Assembly (NCBI GenBank): GCA_963747095.1
Contig: CAVVEL010000022.1
Span: 3,959-67,958 of the forward strand
Direction of reading: 5' to 3'
From: Terriglobia bacterium
GTDB lineage: Bacteria > Acidobacteriota > Terriglobia > JAJPHL01
Length of the DNA: 64,000 bases
Below the pieces are notes generated by a model. The model was not told the DNA's origin. It saw only the letters and a program-made list of their open reading frames with translations, and did no database searches. Numbering within the stretch: position 1 is the first letter of the stretch; the number at the start of each line of letters is the position of its first letter. Positions 36,557-45,707 of this stretch are shown piece after piece. Position numbers and translations under genes: made by a program.

Positions 36557-38440
36557 GGGGGTTGGATGCACCCAAATTTATCTGTTGTGTCGCGCTGGCT
36601 GGCGTTATGCCTGCTGATCGTCCCGGCCGCGGTGACGGCCCAACCGCCGCCCGATTCGAAACCGGACCAGAACAAGGATCCTCATCCGGCGGTGATGGCC
36701 CCGCCGCAAAGCCGCGCCGGCTCCGACACGCAACTGCGGCAGGCCGCGCAGAGCGCCACGCGCGACGGGCTGCGGCCCGTTCCAGTCAAGAACCTCATCG
36801 ACAAATTCATTTTCGACAAGATCGCCAAGGACAAGATTCCCTGCGCCGGACTGTCCACCGACGAAGAATTCCTGCGCCGGATTCACCTCGACCTGACCGG
36901 CCGGCTGCCCTCGCCCGAGGTGATTCGCGCGTTCTTAGCCGATACGCGTTCGGACAAGCGCGAGCGGATGATCGACGGTTTGATGGCCATCAAGTGGGAT
37001 CCCCAGGACAACGACAAGCCGGAAACGCCCTACCTCTCGCGGTGGACCTACTTCTTCAGTGAATTGTTCCAGGTCTCCAACAACCACATGGCAGAGGGCC
37101 GCAACCTCTTCCATGACTATGTACATTTTGCTCTCCTGGACAATGTACCGTACAACGAAATGGTCCGGGACATGCTCACGCACACAGCGCGATCGAGTTG
37201 GCTGGACGGACCTGTCAATTTTTTGGCCGCCGACCATGTGAACGATTCCGATTTCGTGGATGTCAACCAGGAAGATACCTATGACGCGCTGGCCATCACC
37301 ACGGGAAAATTGTTCCTGGGCATCAACCTGGAATGCGTCTCCTGCCATAGTGGAAAAGGACATTTGGAGAAGATCAATCTAGGTCTCAGCCGCATCCCGC
37401 GCGATCAGTTTTGGCGGCAGAGCGCGTTCTTCAGCCGGCTGGAGCTCAAGCACACATACCACCAATCGGAAGAGTTTTCGATGTTGGAGAAGCATCCAGG
37501 TTACGACGTCACCACCACCAGCGTGCAGCGTATGCCGCGCTACAAAGCCGACGTCGGCCCGCAGTTTTTACTTGGCGGCGAGCGTCCCGGGCCGAACGAA
37601 CCTTGGCGCGATGCTTTCGCGCGCATCCTGACCTCGAATCCGCAGTTCGCGCGCGCCACGGTCAACCTGATTTGGGCGGAACTGATGGGCGTCGGCATCG
37701 TGGATTCGCCCTTCAGTTTCGATTTGGCGCGCCAGGATCCGGCCAACCCGCCGCCTGCGCCGTGGACCATCCAGCCTTCTCATCCCGAATTGCTCGACGC
37801 TTTGGCTGAGGATTTTCGGACTCATCACTACGATCTGCGGTATCTGATTCGGCTCATCACGACGTCGAGCACCTATCAGCTCTCGTCGCATTTCGATGGC
37901 CAGTGGAAGCCGGCATACGATTCCTACTTTGCCCGGCGACACGTCCGGCGGTTGCCGCCGGAGATGATCGCCGATGAAGTCACCCAGGCCAGCGGAATCT
38001 TCCCGGAAATTGCCATTCGCTACACCGCCAAGAAAAAAGTCAACTACATGACCGAAACCTACGCCCCCGACGACGTGGGCGGCCCGACGCGGAAATTCAT
38101 GACCGCTCTGGGACAGGGTAATCGCACCCTGATGGTGGAGGTGGGAGCGTACAACAACAACGGCTCGATTGTGGAAGCCTCGGTGCTGATGAACAGCCCA
38201 TTCGTCAAGGACCACGTGAAGGTGGGAGACAAAGGTCGTCTGCACGATCTGCTGAATCACACGCCGCCGTTGTCCGACGAAGCGAAAGTGGATGAGCTTT
38301 TCCTGTCATTCCTCGGCCGGCCGCCGTGGCCGGAGGAACGGAAAACAGCTCTTGCGGCGCTGAGTGCCTCTGCAACGACAGGGCTGTCGGACTTGGCTTG
38401 GAGCTTAATCAACATGCCGGAGTTTGTGTTGAATTACTGA
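36557..38440 (+). CDS. PSD1-type protein (DUF1549 + DUF1553), secreted
   Basis: Signal MHPNLSVVSRWLALCLLIVPAAVTAQ. DUF1549 region (FIFDKIAKDKIPCAGLSTDEEFLRRIHLDLTGRLP). C-terminal DUF1553 (TSSTYQLSS). Confidence 0.8.
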   Translation, partial: GGWMHPNLSVVSRWLALCLLIVPAAVTAQPPPDSKPDQNKDPHPAVMAPPQSRAGSDTQLRQAAQSATRDGLRPVPVKNLIDKFIFDKIAKDKIPCAGLSTDEEFLRRIHLDLTGRLPSPEVIRAFLADTRSDKRERMIDGLMAIKWDPQDNDKPETPYLSRWTYFFSELFQVSNNHMAEGRNLFHDYVHFALLDNVPYNEMVRDMLTHTARSSWLDGPVNFLAADHVNDSDFVDVNQEDTYDALAITTGKLFLGINLECVSCHSGKGHLEKINLGLSRIPRDQFWRQSAFFSRLELKHTYHQSEEFSMLEKHPGYDVTTTSVQRMPRYKADVGPQFLLGGERPGPNEPWRDAFARILTSNPQFARATVNLIWAELMGVGIVDSPFSFDLARQDPANPPPAPWTIQPSHPELLDALAEDFRTHHYDLRYLIRLITTSSTYQLSSHFDGQWKPAYDSYFARRHVRRLPPEMIADEVTQASGIFPEIAIRYTAKKKVNYMTETYAPDDVGGPTRKFMTALGQGNRTLMVEVGAYNNNGSIVEASVLMNSPFVKDHVKVGDKGRLHDLLNHTPPLSDEAKVDELFLSFLGRPPWPEERKTALAALSASATTGLSDLAWSLINMPEFVLNY

Positions 38441-38468
38441 CGATCCACACCAAAGAGGGGTTGAAACA

Positions 38469-39851
38469 ATGGCAATGGACGAAATCCTGACTGATCGGCC
38501 GACTCTCAACCGCCGGCTTTTCTTGCGAAGTGGTCTGGCGTCTCTCAGCGGGTTCTATCTTGCTCCGATGCTGGCGCCACTCAACGTCCGAGCGGACACT
38601 CCGCTAAAGCTGCGAGGACAAGCCGAGTTCTGCGTGTTTCTGTTCCTGCGCGGCGGTCCCAGCCAACTCGATACCTTCGATCTGAAAGAAGGGCGCTGGA
38701 CTCCGCCGGATTTCGACGTGCGCAAGACCAAGGGCATCCTGATGCCTTACGGATTGTTCCCTGGTATCAGCCAACAACTGGATCGTTTCGCGATCGCGCG
38801 CTCGGTGCAATCCTGGGAGAGTTCGCATATTCGCGGTGTTTACTATTTGCAAGCCGGACACCCGATGAGTCCCGCTCGGCAGAAGGAGATTCCCTCTATT
38901 GGAGCCGTGGTGGCCTACGAATACTTGTCGCGCCGGCGCGCCGGCGATTTTTTGCCACCCTTCGTGACCGTCAACGCCGATTCCGCCGCCTTGGTGAAGG
39001 AAGGTTGTCTCGCACAGGGAGCCACCCCGATGACTCTCTCCACGGGAGGCGATTCCTCCTTCCTGATTCCCGATAAAGATAGGGCGGACTTCGATCGGCG
39101 CTGGAAACTCTTGGAGCAACTCAACGCCGGCAAGGCCGGCAGTTCTTTGAAGACCGCGGACAACTGGCTGTCCTATTCCGACGGCGCGGATCGCTTGATG
39201 ACCAACCCGGCCGTCGGACAGATCATGCGGATCGAAAGCGACGATCACAAACGATATGGAAATTCCGCCTTGGGCGATGGTTGTGTCCTGGCGCGAAATC
39301 TGCTGAAGGCCAATGCCGGCACGCACTACATCATGATCGAGCACAGCGCTTGGGATTCCCATAGCAATATGTTCGATCGCAAGGATCGGGACAATCACTA
39401 TACCGTCTGCAATCAGCTCGACTCGGCGGTTTCTTCCCTGGTGAGCGATCTCAGCCAGATCCCGTCCGCGGACGGAAAGTCTACGCTGCTGGACAAAACG
39501 TTTGTGGTTTGTGCCGGTGAGTTCGGACGGACCGGCGGCGAGCTCAATGTGACCAAAGGCCGCGATCACAATCGCATGGCGCAATCGGTGCTGTTTGCCG
39601 GCGCCGGCGTGAAGGGCGGACGCGCCTTCGGCCAAACGGACGATCGCGGCGAGAAAGTCATCAAGCCGGAATGGCACTTGGACCGCCCGATCTATACGGA
39701 GGATATCTTTGCCACCATCTACTCGCAGATGGGCATTGACTGGAATAAGACCATTACCAACACGCCGTCCGGCCGGGTTTTCGAGTATTTGGAGGGCGCG
39801 TCCGGCACCGCCTTCCTCGATCCCAGCGAGATCTCGGTGCTGTTTTCATAA
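38469..39851 (+). CDS. DUF1501 (sulfatase/alkaline-phosphatase-like) protein with Tat signal
   Basis: TLNRRLFLRSGLASLSGF. FLFLRGGPSQLDTFDLK and GEFGRTGGELN...GRDHN are conserved DUF1501 motifs. Confidence 0.8.
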   Translation: MAMDEILTDRPTLNRRLFLRSGLASLSGFYLAPMLAPLNVRADTPLKLRGQAEFCVFLFLRGGPSQLDTFDLKEGRWTPPDFDVRKTKGILMPYGLFPGISQQLDRFAIARSVQSWESSHIRGVYYLQAGHPMSPARQKEIPSIGAVVAYEYLSRRRAGDFLPPFVTVNADSAALVKEGCLAQGATPMTLSTGGDSSFLIPDKDRADFDRRWKLLEQLNAGKAGSSLKTADNWLSYSDGADRLMTNPAVGQIMRIESDDHKRYGNSALGDGCVLARNLLKANAGTHYIMIEHSAWDSHSNMFDRKDRDNHYTVCNQLDSAVSSLVSDLSQIPSADGKSTLLDKTFVVCAGEFGRTGGELNVTKGRDHNRMAQSVLFAGAGVKGGRAFGQTDDRGEKVIKPEWHLDRPIYTEDIFATIYSQMGIDWNKTITNTPSGRVFEYLEGASGTAFLDPSEISVLFS

Positions 39852-39852
39852 C

Positions 39853-41784
39853 ATGACGATTCCTGCGCATCGCATTTTGGCGTGGGCCCTGTTTGCCTCG
39901 TTGGCAGGCGCGTCCGGCCGTGTCTTGGAAATTCGCGAGACGGCGCTATCGCCGGATGGAACCCGGGTGGCGTGGGTTCAGGAAATAGAAACGCCCAAAC
40001 CGGGAACGGCGATTTTCGTTCAAGACCTGCGCCCGTCATCGGCGAGTCCCGCGCGCATCACGGCAGGTAGCGGAGGCAGAGGCCTGTCCTGGTCGGCGGA
40101 TGGACAGTCGCTGGCCTTCCTGGTCGGTGACCAACTTTATGTCCAGGCGATTACAGGCAATATCGCGCGCCGCGTCACACGTTTTCAAGGCTCTGTGGCG
40201 GATCCCAAGTGGTCGCCCGACGGAAAGACGATCGCGGTACTGGTGACGGAATCCGCGACCGGTCCGCAAGGTCCCACGACGCCGAAGTCCAATGTACCCG
40301 GCGATGCGACTGGGCAGATTCCCGAGCAGCGGATTTTTACCGTGGATGCCGCATCGGGGCGCATCCACAAGACGTCGTCCGCCGATCTTTACGTATACGA
40401 ATACGACTGGTCTCCCGACAGCAAATCGTTCGCGGCCATCGCAGCACACGGAGATGGCGATAACAATTGGTACATCGCGCAGTTGTACATCATCACGGCG
40501 GCCTCGGGTGAAACGCGCTCCCTCTGGAAGCCGCCCCTGCAAATGGCGGTTCCCCGCTGGTCGCCGGATGGCCGGAGCATCGCAGTGATCGAAGGCTTGA
40601 TGAGCGATGAGAGCATCAATGGCGGCGATGTCTTCCTGGCGCCGGCCGCGGGCGGCGAGCCTCGCAACCTGACGCCAGGGATGAAAGCATCCGCCTCTTG
40701 GATCGCCTGGAAGAGCGCCACGCAAATTCTGATCTCCGAATCCATTGACGGACAAGGCGGCCTGGCGACGTTGGATATCACCAGCGGCAGGATGTCAACG
40801 ATCTCCAATCCGTTGGCCAGCGGTCTGAATGTGCCGGTGTACAGTGGACTGAATGGACCGATCTCGTTGGCCAAGGATGGGGAAATGTCGGCGCTGGTGT
40901 TGTATGAATTTGATCGTCCACCGGAAGTTTGGGCGGGCCCCTTGGCTTCGTGGAAGCAGATTACACACATCAATACGGGCGTGCCACCGGCCTGGGGAAA
41001 AGCGACCAGCCTGCACTGGGATCGCGGCGGCTTTCAAATTCAAGGATGGCTGATTGAGCCCGTTCACTACGATCCGGCGCGGCGCTATCCAATGGTTGTG
41101 GCCGTGCATGGCGGGCCGAGTTCGATGGCTCGTCCCCGCTGGGTAACGGACAGTTCGCCGTACGTGTATAAGCTCGTGCTGCTGGCTAACGATGGCTATT
41201 TTGTGTTCCTTCCGAATGCCCGGGGAAGTTACGGCCAAGGGGAAGTCTTCACGCAGGCCAACGTGAAGGACTTTGGTCATGGCGATCTCGAGGACATTCT
41301 GGCGGGCGTGGATGCGGTGGTTCGTTCTTACCCCGTGGACAAAGACCGCGTTGGCCTGGCCGGCTGGAGCTACGGCGGCTACATGGCCATGTGGACGGCA
41401 ACGCAAACCCAACGTTTCGGTGCAATCGTTGCAGGCGCAGGCATTGCCAACTGGCAAAGCTATTACGGCGAAAACGAGATCGACCAGTGGCTGATTCCGT
41501 TTTTCGGCGCCTCCGTGTACGACGATCCAGCGGTGTACCGGCGAAGCTCTCCAATGGAATTCGTTAAGAACGCGAAGACACCCACGTTGATCCTGGTGGG
41601 CGAGAAAGATGGGGAGTGTCCGTTGCCGCAATCGCTGGAATTCTGGCACGCGTTAAAGACGTTAGGCGTGGAAACAAAGTTGATGGTGTACGCCGGTGAA
41701 GGTCACGATATCGCCGGCGAAGAACACCGCCGCGATATTATGAATCGCACGCGAGCCTGGTTCGATCAACATCTCAAACGCTAG
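39853..41784 (+). CDS. S9-family serine peptidase (prolyl oligopeptidase/DPP type) with N-terminal PD40 propeller
   Basis: GWSYGGYM nucleophile elbow. Asp and His of the triad (GEKDGECP, EGHDI). Signal peptide. Confidence 0.8.
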   Translation: MTIPAHRILAWALFASLAGASGRVLEIRETALSPDGTRVAWVQEIETPKPGTAIFVQDLRPSSASPARITAGSGGRGLSWSADGQSLAFLVGDQLYVQAITGNIARRVTRFQGSVADPKWSPDGKTIAVLVTESATGPQGPTTPKSNVPGDATGQIPEQRIFTVDAASGRIHKTSSADLYVYEYDWSPDSKSFAAIAAHGDGDNNWYIAQLYIITAASGETRSLWKPPLQMAVPRWSPDGRSIAVIEGLMSDESINGGDVFLAPAAGGEPRNLTPGMKASASWIAWKSATQILISESIDGQGGLATLDITSGRMSTISNPLASGLNVPVYSGLNGPISLAKDGEMSALVLYEFDRPPEVWAGPLASWKQITHINTGVPPAWGKATSLHWDRGGFQIQGWLIEPVHYDPARRYPMVVAVHGGPSSMARPRWVTDSSPYVYKLVLLANDGYFVFLPNARGSYGQGEVFTQANVKDFGHGDLEDILAGVDAVVRSYPVDKDRVGLAGWSYGGYMAMWTATQTQRFGAIVAGAGIANWQSYYGENEIDQWLIPFFGASVYDDPAVYRRSSPMEFVKNAKTPTLILVGEKDGECPLPQSLEFWHALKTLGVETKLMVYAGEGHDIAGEEHRRDIMNRTRAWFDQHLKR

Positions 41785-41814
41785 GGCGGCGAAATCTACG
41801 GAGGCATTTTCTTA

Positions 41815-42828
41815 GTGAAACTCACAGTGGGAAAAATCGAAGGGATGGAAGCGGTCGCCAAGGCCGGCGTGATCGCCGCGGCGGCCATGGACCAGCGGAG
41901 TCCCCTGGCCAAAGCCATCGCTAAAGAGAGAGGCGTGGAGGCGTCCGCGGTCACGGCGGAGATGCTCAGCGAGTTCAAGACCGCGGTGGCGCGAATCATC
42001 ACGCCGCACACCAGCGCGATTCTGCTCGATCCCGAAGTCGGCTTGGAAGCTGCCCAGGCGCGAGCGATCAATACCGGATTGCTGCTGGCTTACGAACAAA
42101 CTTGGTACGATCACAAAGAAGCCGGCCATTTTCCAAGGCTGCTGTCCGACTGGTCGGTGCGCCGCCTGAAAGCGGCGGGCGCCAACGGCATCAAGATCCT
42201 GCTTTTCTACACTCCGTTTGACGACCCGCGAGTCAACGACCGCAAGAAAATCTGGGTGGAACGGATCGGCGCGGAATGCGCCGCCGAGGACATTCCCTAT
42301 TTTTTGGAGTTCATCGGCTACGATCCCCAAGGCGGCGATCCGGTGGGTCTGGAGTTTGCCCGGATCAAACCCAAGGTGGTGATCGCCAGCATCGAAGAGT
42401 TCTCGCGACCCGAATACCGCGTGGATGTGCTGAAAGTAGAAATGCCGGTGAACCTGAAATTTGTGGAAGGCACACGGGCGTTCTGCGGCGAACGAGCCCA
42501 GACGAGGCAGGAAGCGCTCGACCTGATGCGTCGGGCGGCCGAGACGGCTACCAAGCCGTTCATCTACTTGAGCGCCGGCGTCAGCAACGCCGAGTTCACC
42601 GAAGCCCTGCAAATGGCTGCCGAAGCCGGCGCCAAGTTCAACGGAGTCCTTTGCGGAAGGGCCACATGGAAGGATGGAATCCCCGCATATGCCAAGGGCG
42701 GTTTACGGGCCCTGGAGGAATTCCTGAATACCCAAGGTCTCGCAAATATCGCCGCGATCAATGAAGCGCTGAAAGCAGCGGTGCCCTGGTATTGGGTGTA
42801 TGGAGCAAGCAACGCGTTTCAGGTTTAG
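41815..42828 (+). CDS. class I aldolase of the LacD (tagatose-1,6-bisphosphate aldolase) family
   Basis: ILLDPEVGLEAAQARAINTGLLLAYEQTWYD, RLKAAGANGIKILLFY and ERIGAECAAEDIPYFLEF closely parallel LacD sequences. Start may be ATG 41845. Confidence 0.65.
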   Translation: MKLTVGKIEGMEAVAKAGVIAAAAMDQRSPLAKAIAKERGVEASAVTAEMLSEFKTAVARIITPHTSAILLDPEVGLEAAQARAINTGLLLAYEQTWYDHKEAGHFPRLLSDWSVRRLKAAGANGIKILLFYTPFDDPRVNDRKKIWVERIGAECAAEDIPYFLEFIGYDPQGGDPVGLEFARIKPKVVIASIEEFSRPEYRVDVLKVEMPVNLKFVEGTRAFCGERAQTRQEALDLMRRAAETATKPFIYLSAGVSNAEFTEALQMAAEAGAKFNGVLCGRATWKDGIPAYAKGGLRALEEFLNTQGLANIAAINEALKAAVPWYWVYGASNAFQV

Positions 42829-42874
42829 GGTGACTCAGTTTTAGCGAGACTCACTCACTGCGAAAGGAAGTGTT

Positions 42875-44224
42875 ATGTCCACCGAGGTTACGCGGCGTTT
42901 TTTCGGCAAATTGGCGGCAGCGGCTGCCGGCTTGAGCATGTCATCCCGGGCGCAGGACAAAGTTGTTCAGGATCGAGGCGCCTCTACCAAGAAACTGGCG
43001 CTCTTCGGCGGCCCGAAAGCCGTTCAGGAGAAGGCACCACCGTGGCCGGTCATCGCGGGGAACGACGAAGAGAACTGGATGGCCGTTCTGAAGAGCGGCA
43101 ACTGGAACCGCTGGTCCGGGAAGTATGTCCAGACCTTCGAGGAAAAGTGGTCGGAGGAACTGGGTGGCAAGAAAGTGCTGGCGGTGTCGAATGGAACCGC
43201 GGCGCTGGTGACCGCGGCTTTCGCGGTGGATATTGCGCCGCACGACGAGGTGCTGGTGCCAACCATGACGTACATAGCCACCATCAACCCCGTGCTGATC
43301 CATAGCGCGCTGCCGGTCTTTGTGGATACCGATCCCGAAACGTTTCAGATGGACGCGACGAAGCTAGAGGCCGCCATTACACCGCGCACGAAGGGGATTA
43401 TCCCGGCGCACATGGGCGGCGCGTCCTGCGACCTCGATAAAATCATGGCCGTTGCGAAGAAGCACAACCTGTGGGTGATCGAAGATGGCTGCGAGGGCGT
43501 TAAGACAGAGTGGCGGAAGCAAAAGATCAACACCTTCGGCAACGTGGGATGCTTTAGCTTTCAGGCTTCCAAGAACCTCTCCTGCGGCGAGGGCGGAGCG
43601 CTGGTGATTAACGACATGTCATTGTACGAGCGCTGCGCCTGCTTTCACACCAACGGCTGGATGCCCGGCGCGCACAACAATACGATTCTGATGAACGGCC
43701 TGAACTACCGCCTTACCGAGTTCCAAGGCGCGCTCTTGCTATCGCAATTGGCCCGCCTGGAAGAGCAGCAGCAGACCAGGGAAAGCAATGCGCTTTACCT
43801 GAGCGCCCGCATCAGCGAGATCCCTGGCATTCAACCGGCGCGTATGTACGAGGGGAATACGCGCAATAACTACTACGGCTACATGGTTCGCTACCAGAAG
43901 GAAGCGTTCGGCGGCGTGCCGCGCGCAAAATTCCTGAGGGCGCTGGGCGCCGAAGGCGTTCCCGTCGGCGCGTGGAGTGACGCTCTGCACAAAGAACCAG
44001 TGATCGAGAAGACTCTGAACTCGCGGACCTACCAAACCATCTACTCGCCCAAGGTACTGAAGGAATACCGCGAGCGTCTCCACTGCCCGCAGAACGACCG
44101 AGCCGCGGAAGAAGCCTTATGGATGACGGGAAGGACGCTGAACGGTCCGCGGCGCAGGGCCGAGCAGATTGCCGACGCGTTCCACAAGGTCGCGGCCAAT
44201 ATCGGTGAGCTGGCCAAGTCCTAG
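42875..44224 (+). CDS. DegT/DnrJ/EryC1-family PLP-dependent (sugar) aminotransferase carrying a twin-arginine signal
   Basis: MSTEVTRRFFGKLAAAAAGLSMSSRAQ (T-R-R-F-F-x-K Tat consensus). SFQASKNLSCGEGGAL PLP-lysine region. VSNGTAAL. Confidence 0.7.
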   Translation: MSTEVTRRFFGKLAAAAAGLSMSSRAQDKVVQDRGASTKKLALFGGPKAVQEKAPPWPVIAGNDEENWMAVLKSGNWNRWSGKYVQTFEEKWSEELGGKKVLAVSNGTAALVTAAFAVDIAPHDEVLVPTMTYIATINPVLIHSALPVFVDTDPETFQMDATKLEAAITPRTKGIIPAHMGGASCDLDKIMAVAKKHNLWVIEDGCEGVKTEWRKQKINTFGNVGCFSFQASKNLSCGEGGALVINDMSLYERCACFHTNGWMPGAHNNTILMNGLNYRLTEFQGALLLSQLARLEEQQQTRESNALYLSARISEIPGIQPARMYEGNTRNNYYGYMVRYQKEAFGGVPRAKFLRALGAEGVPVGAWSDALHKEPVIEKTLNSRTYQTIYSPKVLKEYRERLHCPQNDRAAEEALWMTGRTLNGPRRRAEQIADAFHKVAANIGELAKS

Positions 44225-44263
44225 CTCAGCTTTGCGAACGCACGGCAGATTGCCGAGCTATTC

Positions 44264-45641
44264 TCACGGGTGCTTCCACGTGGACGGGTAAGATTGGCCG
44301 GAGGGCGTGGGATTGTCCCGCAGCCTTCCGAGTAACCGGTCCACGTCGATCAGCGCCCGATTTATCATCGCTTCGCCGGCTCCCGGTTCGACGCCCGTCA
44401 TAATGTTATTCGCGCCTAGTCCACCCGTCGACGCGGCTTCGATGGTTGGGAAGTAACCGAAGTATCCGTTCGCGTACCCCACGAAGAACGTGTGGGCCAG
44501 CGGCGAGCGAGCGCGGAAATCGGTCTGCAACTGCACGAAGAATTCTCCTGGGAACGCCGCCCAGGCAATGTCGCCATCGATCACGATCACCGCCAGCGGC
44601 ATGCGAGGATTCGCCTTTACGTGATCAACGTAGCCGCGCCACCGCGAGAATTCGCCGATGAAATCGGTGTTGGGCCATCGCGGTGCAACGGGCAGTTCCT
44701 CCGAGATCAATTTGATGCTGCCCGATTGCTGCGTAGCCGTCTGGATGGCGCGGGCTACGGTGATGACCCGCGAGGCGAAGAATTGTCCGAGTTGCCGCAC
44801 GCCATCGTCGGCAGCCGGGTCGGCGCCGTGCGGCCTCTGCGGGTTGATGTCTCCGGCGGCGCCTTGCAGGAAGAAGCACACCGGCCGCGATGGAAACGCG
44901 GCCGACACCTGCGCGCGGACTACGCCGGGATAATCGGCGGAGAACATATCGCGCTCCTGGCGGATCACCGGGTGCGCCGTCGCGTTGATCAAGATTGCCA
45001 ACGGCTCTCCCGTTCCGCTATCGTCCAAGCGAAGCACCGCAAAAGTAGGATCGATGGGGCCGCTGGCAATCGCGTCGCGGTTTCCATCGATGCCGCTGAG
45101 CATGGTGACCGAACCGTCCGTGCGAACCAGCCGGCGGTTGTAGCCGATGACCGCGGAACCAAACGCGAATCCAATTTTCACCGGGCGGGCCGTGCGGGTC
45201 GCATCACGAATGGCGGAGACGATTCGCTCTTCGAAACTCTTCTCCCAAGGAGGAATCTCCGCTCCGGAGAAATCGTCCTGGAAGAAGGGACCTGAGTGTG
45301 TGTGCGTGGCCGAGAAGAAGACATGAGGAACGACCGCTGCCACCTGCTGCTGAATGCGGTGTTGCGTCGGAATACCTGGGGTTCGGCCGCAGTCCAGGTC
45401 CACCCACGCAAAGGCTTCTCCGTTACTGCCGCGCAGATACAGCACTTGCGCGTAGAGGGGATCGAGCGCGCCCTTCGCATAGACGCGATTGTCCCAGGCG
45501 CCATAGCCCCACATCGCCACGACCCCAGGCGGTGGCGTGATGTTGAACGCTTCGAGCACCCGCCACGAGCGGTTCTGGACTCGCGTTTGCCTTTGCTCCG
45601 AATGCGCCTAGGATGGCCGCCAGAAACAGCATCTTCCGCAA
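44264..45641 (-). CDS. neutral/alkaline ceramidase-like hydrolase, paralog; signal peptide lies in a separate frame, so there is one frameshift near 45560-45600
   Basis: ORF 45423-45641 begins MRKMLFLAAILGAFGAKANA (signal). The body ORF 44264-45559 carries WGYGAWDNRVYAKGALDPLYAQVLYL...FSATHTHSGP. Confidence 0.45.
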
Positions 45642-45707
45642 AGAAGTTCTCCTTCCGTGTTTGCCGAACTCCCGGCGGTCGATACCCTCGCCGCTCAGGC
45701 GCGCCTC

